Assembly (NCBI GenBank): GCA_014905635.1
Contig: JABVCE010000005.1
Coordinates: forward strand, 682,001 to 746,000
DNA length: 64,000 bases
Direction of reading: 5' to 3'
Source: Scenedesmus sp. PABB004
Taxonomy: Eukaryota
This document shows positions 27,169 to 39,858 of this stretch, piece after piece (positions within the stretch are counted from its first letter, which is position 1; every line of letters begins with the position of its first letter). The notes beneath the pieces are model-generated. The model ran no database searches and was not told the DNA's origin. It saw only the letters and a list, made by a program, of their open reading frames with translations. The position numbers and the translations under genes were made by a program.

Positions 27169-29588
27169 GCGGCCCGCAGCGGCGGCGGGCGCTGCTGCTG
27201 TCGCGGTGCGGCGGCGGCGGCGGCGGCTGTGCCTGCGCGTCGTGCCGTATAAGAGAGGCGACCGCCAGCACAAGTGGCCGCATCCATCGCTTTGTTAATT
27301 ACCCTGTGCACGGGTCATTGGGGGGCGCAACCTACACCCTACTCCGCGCCGCCAACACCGCCGCAACTCCGCCTCACCCGCGATGTTGCGCGCCCACCGC
27401 CACCGCCACCAGGCGCTGTTTCACGGGCGCTGCCGGCAGCGGGGGGAGGTGATCCCAGAGAATGCTGGGTCGCGGCGTGCCAGGCACGCCTTCGCCTACC
27501 CCCAAGCCAGGCAGCCAGCCCGCGCGAGCGCCGCGTTTCCGCTCCCGCAGCCGCAGCAACAGTGCGCGAACACGCGGGCCGGCCGCCGGCGGCGAGGCCG
27601 GCGGCCGTGCACTGCCGGGGGCTGCTCATCATCTGAGCATGGGCCTTGGCGAGGCCCCCCGAGTCAGCGCAGCGGTCCTGGACGTACTGGCTCCCCACGA
27701 CGGCGGCAGCAGCGCTCGTCGGGGCCTGCGCGGCGGCGCGGGGCGCGGGGCAGGGCGGTGGGGATGGCGCCGCGCGGCGTCGTCGCGGCGCGGGCGCTTG
27801 GCGGGCTGCGCGCTCCCGCTCCCCGTGCCGCACCCAGCCTCGACCATGCCCCGGGCGCGGCTGCGGCGCGGCGCGTTGCCGGCCGCCCCCGCGCGGGCGT
27901 GGCGCCAAGTCCTGCAGTCAACCCTGCGGCCGCCGGCGGGCGCGGGCGGGGGCGTCGCTCAGCGGGGGCGGGCCGAAGGCCCGCGACCGCCCACGCGGCG
28001 CGCGGGCTCGCTGACAGCCGCTGCGCGCGAGGGTGGCCGCTGGCGCACCGCGCATGCGCCCCCCGCGCCCCGGCCGCGCGCGGGCCCGCCCGCGTCCGGC
28101 GCGCACCTCCAAGCCTGCCCAGCATCTCGTCGATCCCCGGAGGACGATGAGAGCCCCGGCGGGCGGCCAGGCCGATCCGGGGGGGGAGGGGGGGGGGCGC
28201 GAAGCGTCGCTCTGGCGCGGCCTGCGGGGCGCGCCGACGGACGTGCGGGATGGTGGGCGTGAGTCCGGCGGGCGGCGCGGTGCGCGGCGGGCGCCCTGGT
28301 CGCGATGATGCTTCGCGAAGGGCGGGAAAGCGCCGCCCCCACCGCGGCGCGCCGCGCGTGGCGCCGCGCGCGCCGTCCCGACGTCGGGACGGCGCCCGCC
28401 GGGAGGCGGGCGCCCTCGCCGCGTCGCCTGGGGGGCGCGTGGGGTCGCCCAGCGGGCGGGGAGGCGTGCGGGCCGGGGAGAGAGAGAGAGGAGCGCAGAG
28501 CGACGGCGGATTTATTGGGCGAGAGAGCGAAAAATCGGCGAGGTCTGCGCTGAACCCCTGCCCTAAATATTTTTGCAGAAGGCTCCGGCTCGGCCCGCCC
28601 AGCCGCTGCAGAGCCTTCGGTGACCGCTGGCAAGCCGCTGAGGTGCGCCCCGGGCACGGGCGGGGAGGGCAGGGGGGCGCTTGGGGGGGAGGGCCTGCTC
28701 TAGCCCCCCGCGGCCGCCCGGGCGCCCAGCGGCTGCCAGATTCCCCGTGCCGCCATGGTCGGTGTCATACCGCCATGATCACGCCCGCCCGCCGCCCGCC
28801 GGCGCCCGCAGGAGCGACAGCAGCGGTGAGCGTGGACCGGCCTTCCCCGCGCGCCCCGCTCGCCACACGCCCCGTCAGAGCCGCCTGGTCTGCGGGTCAG
28901 ACGTAATCAAGCACTGGCAGCGGCGGCCGGGTGCGGCGGGCTTCCGTGCGGCTGGGGCAGGGGCGCGGCGGCGGTGGCGCCGCGCCGCCGTGCACCCGCG
29001 CACCCGCACGCGCCACGCCGCGCGTCCCGCAGGACCGAGCAGCACCCAGCGGCGCGCCCCCCGCGGCACGCGGCCGCGCGGGCACGATGCTGCTGCAGAG
29101 GTGCGGGCCGGGCACGGGCCTGCGTGGCAGTGGTCGGCGGCGGGCCGTTGCACGAGAGCGTCTCACGCCCCGTCCGCACCTGCCCGCAGCTCGATGCCCC
29201 GGCGCGTGCGCCTCAAGCCGGCGAGCCTCGCGGGCCGGCCCACCACCGCGACGCGCAGGCCGCTGGGCTGGCCTGGTACACCACCCGGCCGGCCGCCGGG
29301 GACCGCGGCGCGGCGGCCCTGGCAGACATGGGCCTCGTCGCGCACAGCCCGTCCGGCGATGTTAATGACAATCGACCTCGCTTGAATTCTGCGCGCCCAC
29401 AGTCGCCGAGGCCCGGCTGGTCTGCACTTGCCGGCAGCCACCATCAGGGGGGACCGCGTGCCGCGCAAAACAGCGGGCCCAGGCCACGCACCGCCTCGTC
29501 CGCGCTCTCCCGGGGCGCCCAGCTCGCGGCCCGCCCTCCCGAGAGCTCCAGACCGCCGCAGTCCAGACGCCTGGCAGCGTGCGCCCGG

Positions 29589-32500
29589 ATGGCGGCGCCG
29601 CGCAGCGGCGACGGCCGCCTCGCGTCGATTTCCGCGGCGTGCGACGACCTCGACAGCATCAGCGGGCAGCGCCGGGACGTTCTGGCGTCCATCTCGGCGC
29701 TGCTGGCCAGCGTGAAGAGCCTGCAGGACGCGCACGAGGTGGGTGGGTGGGGCTGCGCGCTGCTGCGCGCCCGCAGCTGCTGCAGCGCGCGCTGACGCCC
29801 CCGCCCGCGCGCGGTCGCGCAGGGCGGCTTTGCCGCGGAACAGCCGCAGGGGGAAGCCGCGGCGCAGCGCGCGGCGAGCTGCCCGCTGCCGCCGGAGCGC
29901 GCCGCGCCCGGTGCGCCGCATGGCGCGGGCAGCTGGCCGCAGGCGGCGCTCGCGCAGCTGCTGGAGCACGCTGCCGGCAGCGACGGCAATGCTGGCGCCG
30001 CGCTGCGCGGCGGTGGCGGCGGCGGCGGCAGCAGCACCTGCAGCAGCGCGCCGGGCAGCCCGCCGCCGGCGCCGCCGCCGCTGGGGGGTGCGCGCGGGCC
30101 GGCCCGCGCGCCGCGCTCGCGCGCGCCGTCGCTGAGCAGCAGCGAGGACTCGCTGGCGCGCGGGCGCCGCGGCGCGGCGCTGAGCCGCTTCTCGTTCCCG
30201 GCGGCCGGCGCGCCAAAGTACGTGACGCCCAGCAAGATACCGCACCCGTGCGGCCGGCGGCGGCGCCGCGCCGCCGGCGCGGCCGGAGGCAGCAGCGAAG
30301 GCAGCGACGGCAGCGCCGCCGCCAGCAACGGCGGCGGCAGCAGCAGCGGGCGCGGCAGCTACGCGGGCGCGTGGCCCGCGCGGCGCCGGCGCGCGCCGGG
30401 CGCCGCCGCGAGCCCGCAGCCGGGCACGGCGCCGCCGCTGGGCGCCAGCGCGCCGCCGAGCCCGGGCCGCAGCGGCCGCTGCCCGCGCCGGGCAGCAGCA
30501 TGAGCAGCGAGGCCGCCGCGCTCATGCTGGCGCTGCGCGCGGCTGCGCAGCAGCGCGAGGTCGCCGCCGGCGTGCTGCAGGCGCGGTCGTCGCTGCGCTG
30601 CTCGACGCCGGGCGGCGCGTCGGCGGTGTCGAGCGGGCGCGGCGCGCTGTGCGCCGCACCGGGCGAGCCGGCGGATGCGGCGGCGGGCGGGCGCTGCCAG
30701 CAGCCCCAGCCCGCGCTGCCGCCGCCGCCGTGCGCGGGCGGCCCGGCGTCGCAGCCGTCGGTGGAGGGGCCGGCGATGCGCGGCGCGCATGGCAGCAGCG
30801 GCGACGCCAGCGGCGACGCCAGCGTGCGCCGCAGCCGGCGCGCGGCGGCGGAGCAGCTGCTGCACGACGCGCTGGACAGCAGCAGCTACTCGAGCCTGCT
30901 GGCGCTCGTGGACGGCAGCAGGGCGGCCAGCGACGAGGAGGGCGAGGAGGTGGAGCAGGCGCAGCGGTGCAGCGCGGCGCAACCGGCGCCGGGCCCGGCC
31001 GAGGCGCCGGCCGAGGCGGCCCCGGGCCAGCCGGCGGCAGAGGCGCCGGCGTCCGCGGCGCCTCCGGAGGCGACCTGGGGCAGCTCGGGCAGCGCGCCGG
31101 CGGCCGGCAGCAGCGCCGGCAGCTGCGGCGGCGGCGGCGGCGCGCCCCGCGCGCCAGCCGCGCAGCAGGCGCCGCCGGCCAGCGGCGTCACGCCGCCGGA
31201 GTCGCCCCGGCCCGAGCCTGCGCTCGAGCCGCTGCCGGCTGAGCCGCCGGCGCTGACGCGGCGGCAGCAGTACCTGCACCTCTCCGCTGCCAGCTCGGCG
31301 CTGTCGGGCTGCGCGTCGGAGCTCGAGTTTGATGCGCTGAGCGTCGAGCTCGAGCACCTGGCGGCGCAGGTCGAGGCGGAGCGGGGGGCGCTGCAGGCGC
31401 TGCAGGAGCAGCGCGCGCAGCTGGAGCAGGAGCTCTCGCGGCCGCGGGAGCCGCAGCAGCAGGCGCCGGGGGAGGCGCGGCCGCGGCAGCTGCGGGCCAG
31501 CCTCAGGCGCAGCCGCTCGTGCGGCGACCTGGCGGGCCGGAGCGCCGACCCTGGCGGCTGGCCCAGCCAGGCGGCGCAGCCGGCGGAGGCAGCGGCGGCG
31601 GCGCGCCTGGCTGCTGATGCAGCCGCCCACGTCGGGCCTGGCGCCGCTGCGGCAGGCACGCTGAGCGCGCTGCGCGGCGCCGATGCCGCCTGCCAGGCGG
31701 CGCTGCTGCACGCGGCCGGCCTTCCGCTGGTGGGCCCGCCGCCGCCGTGCCGCGCCTGCCCTGCGGCAGCGCAGCAGCTGCGCGAGCTGCAGCAGCGCCT
31801 GGCGCGCGCGCAGGAGGCCCAGGCGGCCGCGGCGCTCGCGGCGGAGCAGCAGCGCTGCGCCGCCGCGTCGGCAGAGGCGGCGCTCGCGCTCTCGCGCCAG
31901 AAGCTGCGCGGCGTTCTGGCGGCGGGCGCGCGGCCGCTGGCCATGTCTGGCTGGGAAGATCTCATCGAGGAGGCCGCGGCCGACCTGGAGCGCCTGGAGG
32001 GCCACGTCGCGTTGGCGGCTGAGCGGCTCAACGCGCTGCAGGTGCGCGCGGCGAGCTCGCCGAGGGGGGCGGCGCGGCCGAGGGCAGCCGCGTCTGCGGC
32101 CGACCGACGCGCGCTGCTGACGCCCCGCGCGCCCGCAGTCCGGCGCCGCCTCGGCGGCAGAGGGCCTGGCGGCGTCGCAGCGCGAGGCGGAGCGCCAGCA
32201 GGCCGCGGCCGCGGCGGCGGCGCTTCGCGTCGAGGTGTGTGCCCATGCCGCAGCGGCGTGCACAGCTGGGGAGCGGGGAGGGCAGGGTGGGGGCCGTGCG
32301 CTGCCCACCCACCCCTGCTGCCCGCCCGCGGCGCGCCGCGCAGGAGCTGCAGCAGCAGGCCGAGGGCCTCGTCGCGGCCGTGTGCGCCAACGAGGAGGCG
32401 CAGCGCGCCTCTCGCGCGGCGACGGCGGCGCTGGAGCAGGCCCTGCAGCAGCGCGAGGGCGCGGTGGCCGCCGCGGACGCCGAGGCGCGCGCGCTCACGG

Positions 32501-35500
32501 AGCGCGTGGCGCAGCTGCAGCAGGCGGTCGCGGCGGCGGCGCAGCAGCTCGCGGAGCGCGACGCAGCGGGCCGGGCCGCGGCGGCGGAGCTGTCGGAGCG
32601 GCAGCACGCGCTGCAGCTCACGCGCGGTGAGTGCGCGGGCGCGCAGGACAAGCTGACGCAGGTGCAGACGGCACTGATCGACGGCCGCCGCACGCTGGAG
32701 GCGCTGCAGCAGCAGACGGTCGCGGCGCAGCGCCAGGCGGAGGAGGCGCAGCGCGCGCTGGACGCGCTCCAGGGCGCGCGCGGCGCGGCGTCGGCCGAGC
32801 TGGCCGGCGCGCAGCAGGAGCTGGCGCGCGTGCTGCGCGAGCTGGAGGCCTGCCAGCAGGAGGTGCACGCGAGCGAGCTGCAGCAGGCAGAGCTCGACGA
32901 GGCGGCGGCGGCGCACCAGGAGCAGCGCGCGCAGCACCAGCGCGCGGCCGCGGCGGCGGCGGCGGAGCGCGAGGAGGCGGAGGCCGAGCTCGCCAGCGCG
33001 CAGCGGCGGCTGGCGCAGCTGCAGCAGCAGATCAAGGCCGCCCAGGACGAGGCAGACCTGTGCACGCGCGCCGCGGCCGCCGCGGACCGGCGGCTGGCGC
33101 AGGTCCAGCAGCACCTCGCGGCGCTGCAGGCGGGCACCGCGCCGGGCATGGCGCTGGCGGGCCCGGGCGGCGCGGCGCGAAGCTCGGACGCCTCGGCCGC
33201 CGCGGCGGCCGCGGCGGCGGCGACCGCGCACGCGGCGGAGGCCGCGCAGCTGCAGGTCAAGCTCGCGGCTGCCGAGTCGCGGCGCCAGCTGGCGGAGGAG
33301 CGCGGCGACGAGGCGGAGCGCAAGCTCGCGACGCTGCGCGCCGAGCTCTCGGCGGCGCGCGACGCCGCGGACGCGGGCGAGCGCCAGGCGCGCGCCGCGG
33401 CCGACCGGGCGGAGCGCCTGCAGGACAGGCTCGCGGAGCGCGGCGAGGCGCTCGCGGCGGCGCAGGAGCAGCTGCGCGGCGCGCAGGCGCAGCTGGCGGA
33501 CGCCTCGGCGGCGCGCGCGCAGCTGCACGCGGCGGAGGCGCAGCTGGCGCAGGCGCGGCAGCAGCTCACGGAGCCGCCGCGCGCGCCGGCCGGCGCCTGC
33601 CCGCAGCAGCAGGGCGGCGCCGCGGCGTCGGCGGAGCACGTGCACATGGCGGTGCGCGGCAGCCTCGCGGGCCTGCACGAGCTGCTGCAGTCGCAGGCCG
33701 CGCTGCAGGCGGCGCAGCTCGCGGCCGAGGTGGCGCGGCAGCAGGCGGCGGAGCTGCAGGCGGAGCGCAAGCAGCTGCAGAGGAAGGTGGCCAACTACCG
33801 GCAGCTCCTGGCCGAGGCGCGCGCGGCGCTCGAGCAGCGCGGCGCCCCGCTGGCGCTGACGCAGGGCGCGGACGCGGAGGCCGCCGCCGCGGCCGCAGGC
33901 GCGGCCGCGGGCGAGGCGGCAGCCCTGCGCGAGCGCGCGCGCGAGCTGCAGGCGCAGCTGGACGCCGCGCGCGGCGAGGCCGCCAGCGCCGGCGCGCAGC
34001 TGGAGTGGGGCGCGCGCGAGGCGGCGCACCTGCAGCAGCTGCTTGCGCAGCAGCGCGAGATCAGCGAGCAGCTCCGCGGCGAGGTGCAGCGGCTGCAGCG
34101 CGGCGCGGCGCTGCGCGTCGGGCGCAGCGCGGACGCCGGCATCCAGGCCGCAATTGAGGCGGAGGAGGGCGACCTGCGGCTGCGCGAGGCGCGCGCCGGC
34201 GCGGCGGCGGCGGCCCAGCGCCAGCTGGTGCTGCAGCGGCAGCTCGAGGAGGCGCTCCGCCTGCAGGAGCGCCAGGCAACGGAGCTGGCCGCCGCGACGG
34301 CGGCGGCAGCCTCCGCCGACGGCGTGGCCGCGGCCGCCACGCAGCTGAGGCGCGACGCCGAGCGCGAGCTGGGGGCGGCCCAGGCGGAGCTCGCCGCCTG
34401 CCGCGCCGACCTGGCGGCGAGCCAGGCGGCGGTGCAGGCGCTGCAACAGGCCGGCGCCGCGCTGGAGCAGCAGCTTGCGGCCGCAGTGGCGAGCGTGCAG
34501 CAACAGGAGCAGCACCAGCAGCAGCAGCAGCAGCAGTCGGGCGGTGGCGGCGGCACCGCGGCGCCGCCTGCGGCGGCGCCCTCGCACGCCCTGCACAAGG
34601 CGGTGCTGCTGACGCAGCAGCTTGCGGCGGTCTGCTCGGCGGCGCAGCAGGCGCGGGACGAGCTGCGCGGCGCGGCCGCAGCGCACAGCCAGCAGCTGCA
34701 GCACATGCTGTCGGCGCTGGAGGCGAGCGAGCTGCGGCGCCAGCAGGCCGAGCTGGCGGCGCTGCGGCTGGAGCAGGAGGGCGCGCTGCTGCGCCTGCGT
34801 GGCAGCCAGCAGGCGCCGGGCCGGGGCTCACTGGGCGGCGTGCTGCAGAGCATGGCGGCGCTGCATGCTTCGATGCAGTCGCCGCTGCGGCCGCCCGGCA
34901 GCACGGCCGGCAGCGCGGCGGGCGGGGCTGTGACGCCGGCGGCCACGCTGCAGCAGTCGCTGGACGGGGCCGGCCTGGCCGCACAGGGCCTCGCGCCGCC
35001 CACGGCCTGCCTGTCACCCCAGATCAGCGGCAGCGGCGGCGCGGCGCGAGAGCTGTACCGGGGGGCTCCGGGAAGCCCCGCGTCCGGCCAGGCGGGCGAG
35101 GCGGTGGCGGCGCTGCGGCACCGGCTGGAGCGGCTCAGCGCCGACGTCGCGGCGGCCGCGCGGGGATGCGCGTCGAGCGGCGGGCAGCGCCCCGAGGCGG
35201 CCGGCGCTGGCGGCAGCGGCACGGCCGCTGACTGCGCGCAGCAGCGCTCGCCGCTCGCTGCGAGCGGGCCGCTGCCGCTGCTGGGCGACGGCCCGCTGCA
35301 GCGCAGCTGGCTCTGGCTGCAGGAGCAGGCGGCGGGGCACGACCGCCTGCTGCAGCACATGCGGGCGATGTGGTCGCAGGTGCGCGCCGCCGGCGGGTCG
35401 CGCCCACGGGGCGCGCGGGCGTCTCGCCCCGCTGCGCCGCCCACGTGCGCGCCCGCCCGCGGCCCGCGCGACCGCTGCGCAGGCGTCCGGCCTGACGGAG

Positions 35501-36493
35501 CAGTGCGCCCTGGCGCAGGCCGCCGCGGCCGCTGCCGCGCAGCCTCGCGGCGAGGCGGGCGCGGAGCAGCCGCCGCAGGACGCGCACGCCGCCCGAGACC
35601 AGGCGGCGCGGCCACGCGCGCAGGCGGCGCCGGCGCCACCGGCCGGCGAGTGCGGCGCGGCTGCAGCAGCCGCGCAGGTGCTGCTGCCGCTGGCGCAGGC
35701 GCTGCAGCGCGACGTGGGCAGCCTGGCGGAGGCCAACGCGCGCCTGCTCGACGCGGCGAGGCGGCTGTGCAGCAGCTTCCGGTCAGGCGGGCGCGCGGTG
35801 CGCGTGCGCGCGCTGGCGCTCAAGCTGGAGCTGCAGCGCCAGGGCGTGCCCGCGGCCGCCGCTGGCGGCGCGGCGGCGCCGCCGGCAGCCGCGGCGGCGC
35901 TGCCCGCGGACGTCGCGGCGAGCGTCGTGCAGCACTGGAACGAGGTCGAGACGCTGCTGGCGGAGCTCCACCAGGCGGCGGAGGCGCTGCTGCTGTCGCC
36001 CGCATCGGCGGGCGCTGGCGAGGCCGGCGGCGCCCGCGCCGGCTCGCCGCGCCGGCACGCGCTGCGGCGGTGCCACAAGTTGCAGGCAGGGCTGCAGGAG
36101 CTTGCAGGGCTCTGCCGGGCGCGGGGCCAGGCGACGGGCAGCCCCGCGGCCAAGGCCCGGCGCAGCCCGGCGCGGCGCGAGGCGGCCGCCGCAGCGCGGC
36201 CGCGCTCGCCGGCGCCCCGCGGCAGTGGCCCGTCGGGCAGCGGTGGCGCGGGCTCGAGCACCTGCAGCAGCGAGGGCCTGGGCGCGCTGCTGGCGGCCGT
36301 GCAGAGCAGGCTGGCGGGGCCCGGCGGCGGCGCTGCCGCCGCGCCACCGCCGCCGCGCCAGCAGCAGCGCAGCCACGCTGAGGCGCCGGCGGCGCTCTCC
36401 GCCGGCGGCGGCGGCGCGGGCGCGCGGCGCGCGGAGCGCGCCGCGCTGCTGCAGCGCGTGCGCCTGCTGGAGGCGGCGGCGTCGCAGGGCTGA
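29589..36493 (+). CDS. Large Ala/Gln/Glu-rich coiled-coil protein of unknown function
   Basis: Long heptad-like exons (32344-35379, etc.) with GT-AG introns. Unexplained frame change near 30470-30500. Confidence 0.75.
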
Positions 36494-36641
36494 CGCGTTG
36501 CGGTTGGCGGTCGCCGGCGACGAGGGGGGCGCGGCGCGGCGCGGCGGGCTTACGATTCCCTGTGCAGCGTGCGCCGCGCGCCGGCAACTGGACGCGCAGC
36601 CGGCCCGCGACCAGTGCTCCCCAACAGACGGCTGGGGCGGC

Positions 36642-36972
36642 TCAGTGCAGCGTCTGCAGCCCCAGGTCACCCCACCGCTCCTTCTGCGCGGCAGGCGGGC
36701 GCGGCTGCTGCTCCTGCAGCTCGTCCAGGTCCTGGCCCGCGCCCTGCACGCCGGGCGGCAGCGGGATGCCTGCGGCGACGTCGTCGGAGGCCAGCGGGCG
36801 TGAGCCGGCGGCGAGCGCAGCAAGAGCAGCTCGAGCAGCGGCGTGCGTGCGCCGCGCGGCGCCGCGCACTGTCGTCCTCCAGCCGGTCCCGTGCCCAGGC
36901 CTCGTCCACGACGTCCAGCAGCTCCGGCTCGGAGATCTGGGCGTAGTGCACCCCGCCCGGGCCCGCCGCCAT
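36642..36972 (-). CDS. APC13: Anaphase-promoting complex subunit 13
   Basis: Two exons: ELLDVVDEAWARDRLEDD / IPLPP...ERWGDLGL. Matches the Apc13 pattern LxDxVDxxWxxDxLxDD...WxDLxL. Confidence 0.82.
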
Positions 36973-37285
36973 GCTCGGCGCCGCTGCGCCGGGGTTGCCG
37001 CTGCTCGCTGCGCACGCCGGCCGCGGCGGCAGGCGCTGGGCCGGCTGCTGTTGTAGCTGCGACTCCTGCGTGCCGGGGCGTGTGGTGAGGGCCGCAGCGG
37101 GCGCTGGGGGGCTGTGTTCAGGTCCCGGCGCCCGGCGCGGTTTTTGAAAAAGCCACCGCCCTGCCCGCTCGTCCCGCAGCGCCCCCGCCACCGCCGCGAT
37201 TGCCCGCGAGCCGATCGACTCGCCCCGCCGCCCGCACGGCCTGCACGCGCCCGCCGCGCGCCGCCAGCCCACCGCCGCGCGCCAC

Positions 37286-38399
37286 ATGGAGGCGCCGCTC
37301 ACCATGAGCGTGGGAGAGCTGGAGGCCCTGCTGCGGCCGCTGCTGGAGGCCGCGTTGGCGCCGGCCGGCGGCGACGGCGGTGGCGACGCCGGCGCCGCCG
37401 CGGCGCCAACCGACGCCGTCGAGTCGGCGCTGGGCAGCCTGCGCAAGCTGGTGGAGAGCCACGCCCGCAGGTGTGGGGGGCGGCCCGGCAAGGGGAGCAC
37501 CGGCCGGCCGCGCCAGCAGCAGCGCAGACGCGCGCGTCGCTGCTCAACGCCCACCGTCGCCCTGCCGCGCGGCCGCGCGCAGCACGCAAGGCCTGGAGTC
37601 GGCGGGCGTGCCGCTGAGCGAGGTGGACCAGCAGCTCGCGCCGCTGCAGCAGGAGGTGCGCGCGGCGGGCGCCCGGACGCAGCCCCCGCCCGCCGCCGCC
37701 CGCGCCGGCGCCCGCCGAGCGCGCCGTCGCGCGCCCGCGCGCCGCGCGCAGGTCGACGCGGTGCTGCAGCGGCTGGCGGGGCCCGAGGGCGCGCGCACGG
37801 CCGTGCCCGCGCTCATGGCGGCGGCGCTGGAGCAGCAGCTCAAGACGCTGCGGCCGGCGGGCGACGACGACGCGCAGCAGCGCCGCGGCGCGGGTGCACC
37901 GCGGCGCCGGCGTGCCGCGGCCGCCCGCGGCACGCGGCGCGCCCGCTCACGTGCGGCGGCCGCCCGCGCCGCGCGCCCCGTGCAGACCAGCAGGCGGGCG
38001 GCGGCGACGATTCGGAGCTCGAGGCGGCGGCCAGGCTCCACCAAAAGGTCAAGGCCGCGCTCACGGGCTCCCTCAGCCTCAGGTGCGCCGCCCCGCCGCG
38101 CGACCGCGCGGCCGAGCGTGCACGGAGCGGCCGCGGCGCGGCGCCAGCAGCAGAGCCTTTCCCAGCTCAAAGCACGCGCAGCCACGGCGCGCCGCCCGCC
38201 GGCCGCGCCGCCTGCGCGCCCCACCCCGCGCCGCTGCCGCCGCCGGCGCCGCCCGCCGCCGGCCAGGGCGCGCCTGGAGGAGATGGAGGGCCGGCTGTCG
38301 CGCAACATCGCGGCCGTGGACAGCGTCGCGGCGGGCGGCGGCCAGCCGCCGGCGACAGTCGAGCGCGTGCTGCGCGGCGTCGCGGCGCGCGGCCTGTGA
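37286..38399 (+). CDS. Hypothetical helical/coiled-coil protein
   Basis: Multi-exon, MEAPLTMSVGELEALLRPLL...RARLEEMEGRLSRNIAAV...VAARGL*. TGTAA at 38478. Confidence 0.65.
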
Positions 38400-38767
38400 C
38401 GCGCCGCCGCATATGTACCACCAGGGCCGCTCGCGAGCTGCTTCGGCTGGCGAGCAGGCCGTTGCTGGGAGAGGGGCTGTAAACTGCTGACGCTGGCGAC
38501 GTTGAATGGCGGCGCCGCGGCGTGTCACACCGTCCGGTTCTGATGTTCCCGCCAAAACGTCGCGGCGCCGCCGCTGCAGCCCGCCGCCTCGCCCCGCCCC
38601 GCCGAGGATCCCTGCGCCCCGCCAAGCACAGCGCCCGGTCTTGCCTGCCGCCGCTGCTCGCTCAGCCTGCGCGCACCCGCGCCAGCACGGGCCGCGCGCG
38701 CTCACACCGCCGACCCGAAAAACGCCAGAACGCTGCCCCAAAAACTGCCGCGGCCCGGTGCTGCCGC

Positions 38768-39677
38768 TCACAGGGACGCCTGGATGCGCGCCGCGATCGC
38801 GGACAGCGACTCTACGCCGTCAGCGGAGGACGCGACCTGCGCGCGCGCGCGCGGCGACGGCGGTGTTGCGGCGGCGGAGGGCGGCGCTGTGCTGCGCGCC
38901 GCGCGCCGCTGTGCACGCTGCGCGCAGCTGTGCATGCTGCGCGGGGGTCACCTTCTGCAGCGTCTCCGGGCCGGGGCCCTTGGCGCCGAAGAAGGTCACC
39001 AGCGCGACAAAGCCAATGACAAAACCCACGACCAGCCCGCCTGGCGGGAAGGCGGGGAGGCGGCCGGGCGGCGGCGCGGGCAAGCGGCGGCGGCGTGGGC
39101 AGGCGGCGGCGGCGTGGGCAGGCTGCGGCCGCGGGGGCGGCGCGCGTGGCCGCGGGGGCGGCGCGCGTGGCCGCGGGTGTTGCGCGGTGGCGGGCGCGGC
39201 GCACCCTGGATGCCGCCGAGGCCCTGGCGCGCGGCGGCGTCGCTCGTGCTGCTGTTGATGTAGGCCTGCTGCTTGGTGGGGAAGATGTTGGCGCGGCCGC
39301 TGTTGTCCTCCGCGACGTAGCCCGTGGCGCGGTCCATCTGCACCGGCTCCCTGCCGCGCGGCGACGGGCCGAGCAGCGCGCGCGCGTGAGCAGCAGCGGC
39401 AGGCGCGCCGCCGCCCGCCCGCCGCTCGCTCGCCATCTGGCGCTGTCCGCGGCGTGTATTGCCCGCGCCCCCAATGCGCCTCACTTGCTGGCCCGGGCGG
39501 CCACCGCGAGGCGGGGGGCAGCAGGGACAGCCACCTGCGGCGGCGGCGCGCCTGCAGCTCAGCCGCCGCTCGCGCTGCCGCGCCGGCGCGCGCGGCCGCT
39601 CCAGAGCGCCCCGAACGCACCCTGGGACCGGCGACCCGGGCGCCCACGCTGCTCTGCGCGCGGCTGAGGAGCGCCAT
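38768..39677 (-). CDS. Small plastid-targeted single-TM protein
   Basis: Transit peptide MALLSRAQSSVGARVAG, then DRATGYVAEDNSGRANIFPTKQQAY, TM GGLVVGFVIGFVALVTFFG, ending VESLSAIAARIQASL*. Confidence 0.7.
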
Positions 39678-39858
39678 CGTGCGCGTGGTCGTGGTGGGCG
39701 TGCGGCGACAGCGCAGGAGGGACGGGTGCGTGGAGAGGGAGCGCCAGGCCCGGAGCGGCGAGCGTGCTCGCTCGGGCCCGGGGCTCACGGTCGACGAACA
39801 ACCTCCGGGGCGCCCTCGTGCCCCCCGGCCGGCCGGCGGCCACTCCCCCCGCCACCGC

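Noticed and set aside
27339..29500. Possible additional gene(s) between the At5g64816-like gene and the coiled-coil gene
   Set aside because: Some splice-like signals on the minus strand, but no coherent or recognisable protein could be assembled.
37286..38399. Kinetochore Nsl1/Mis14 assignment
   Set aside because: Only size and helical character fit; no diagnostic motif recognised.
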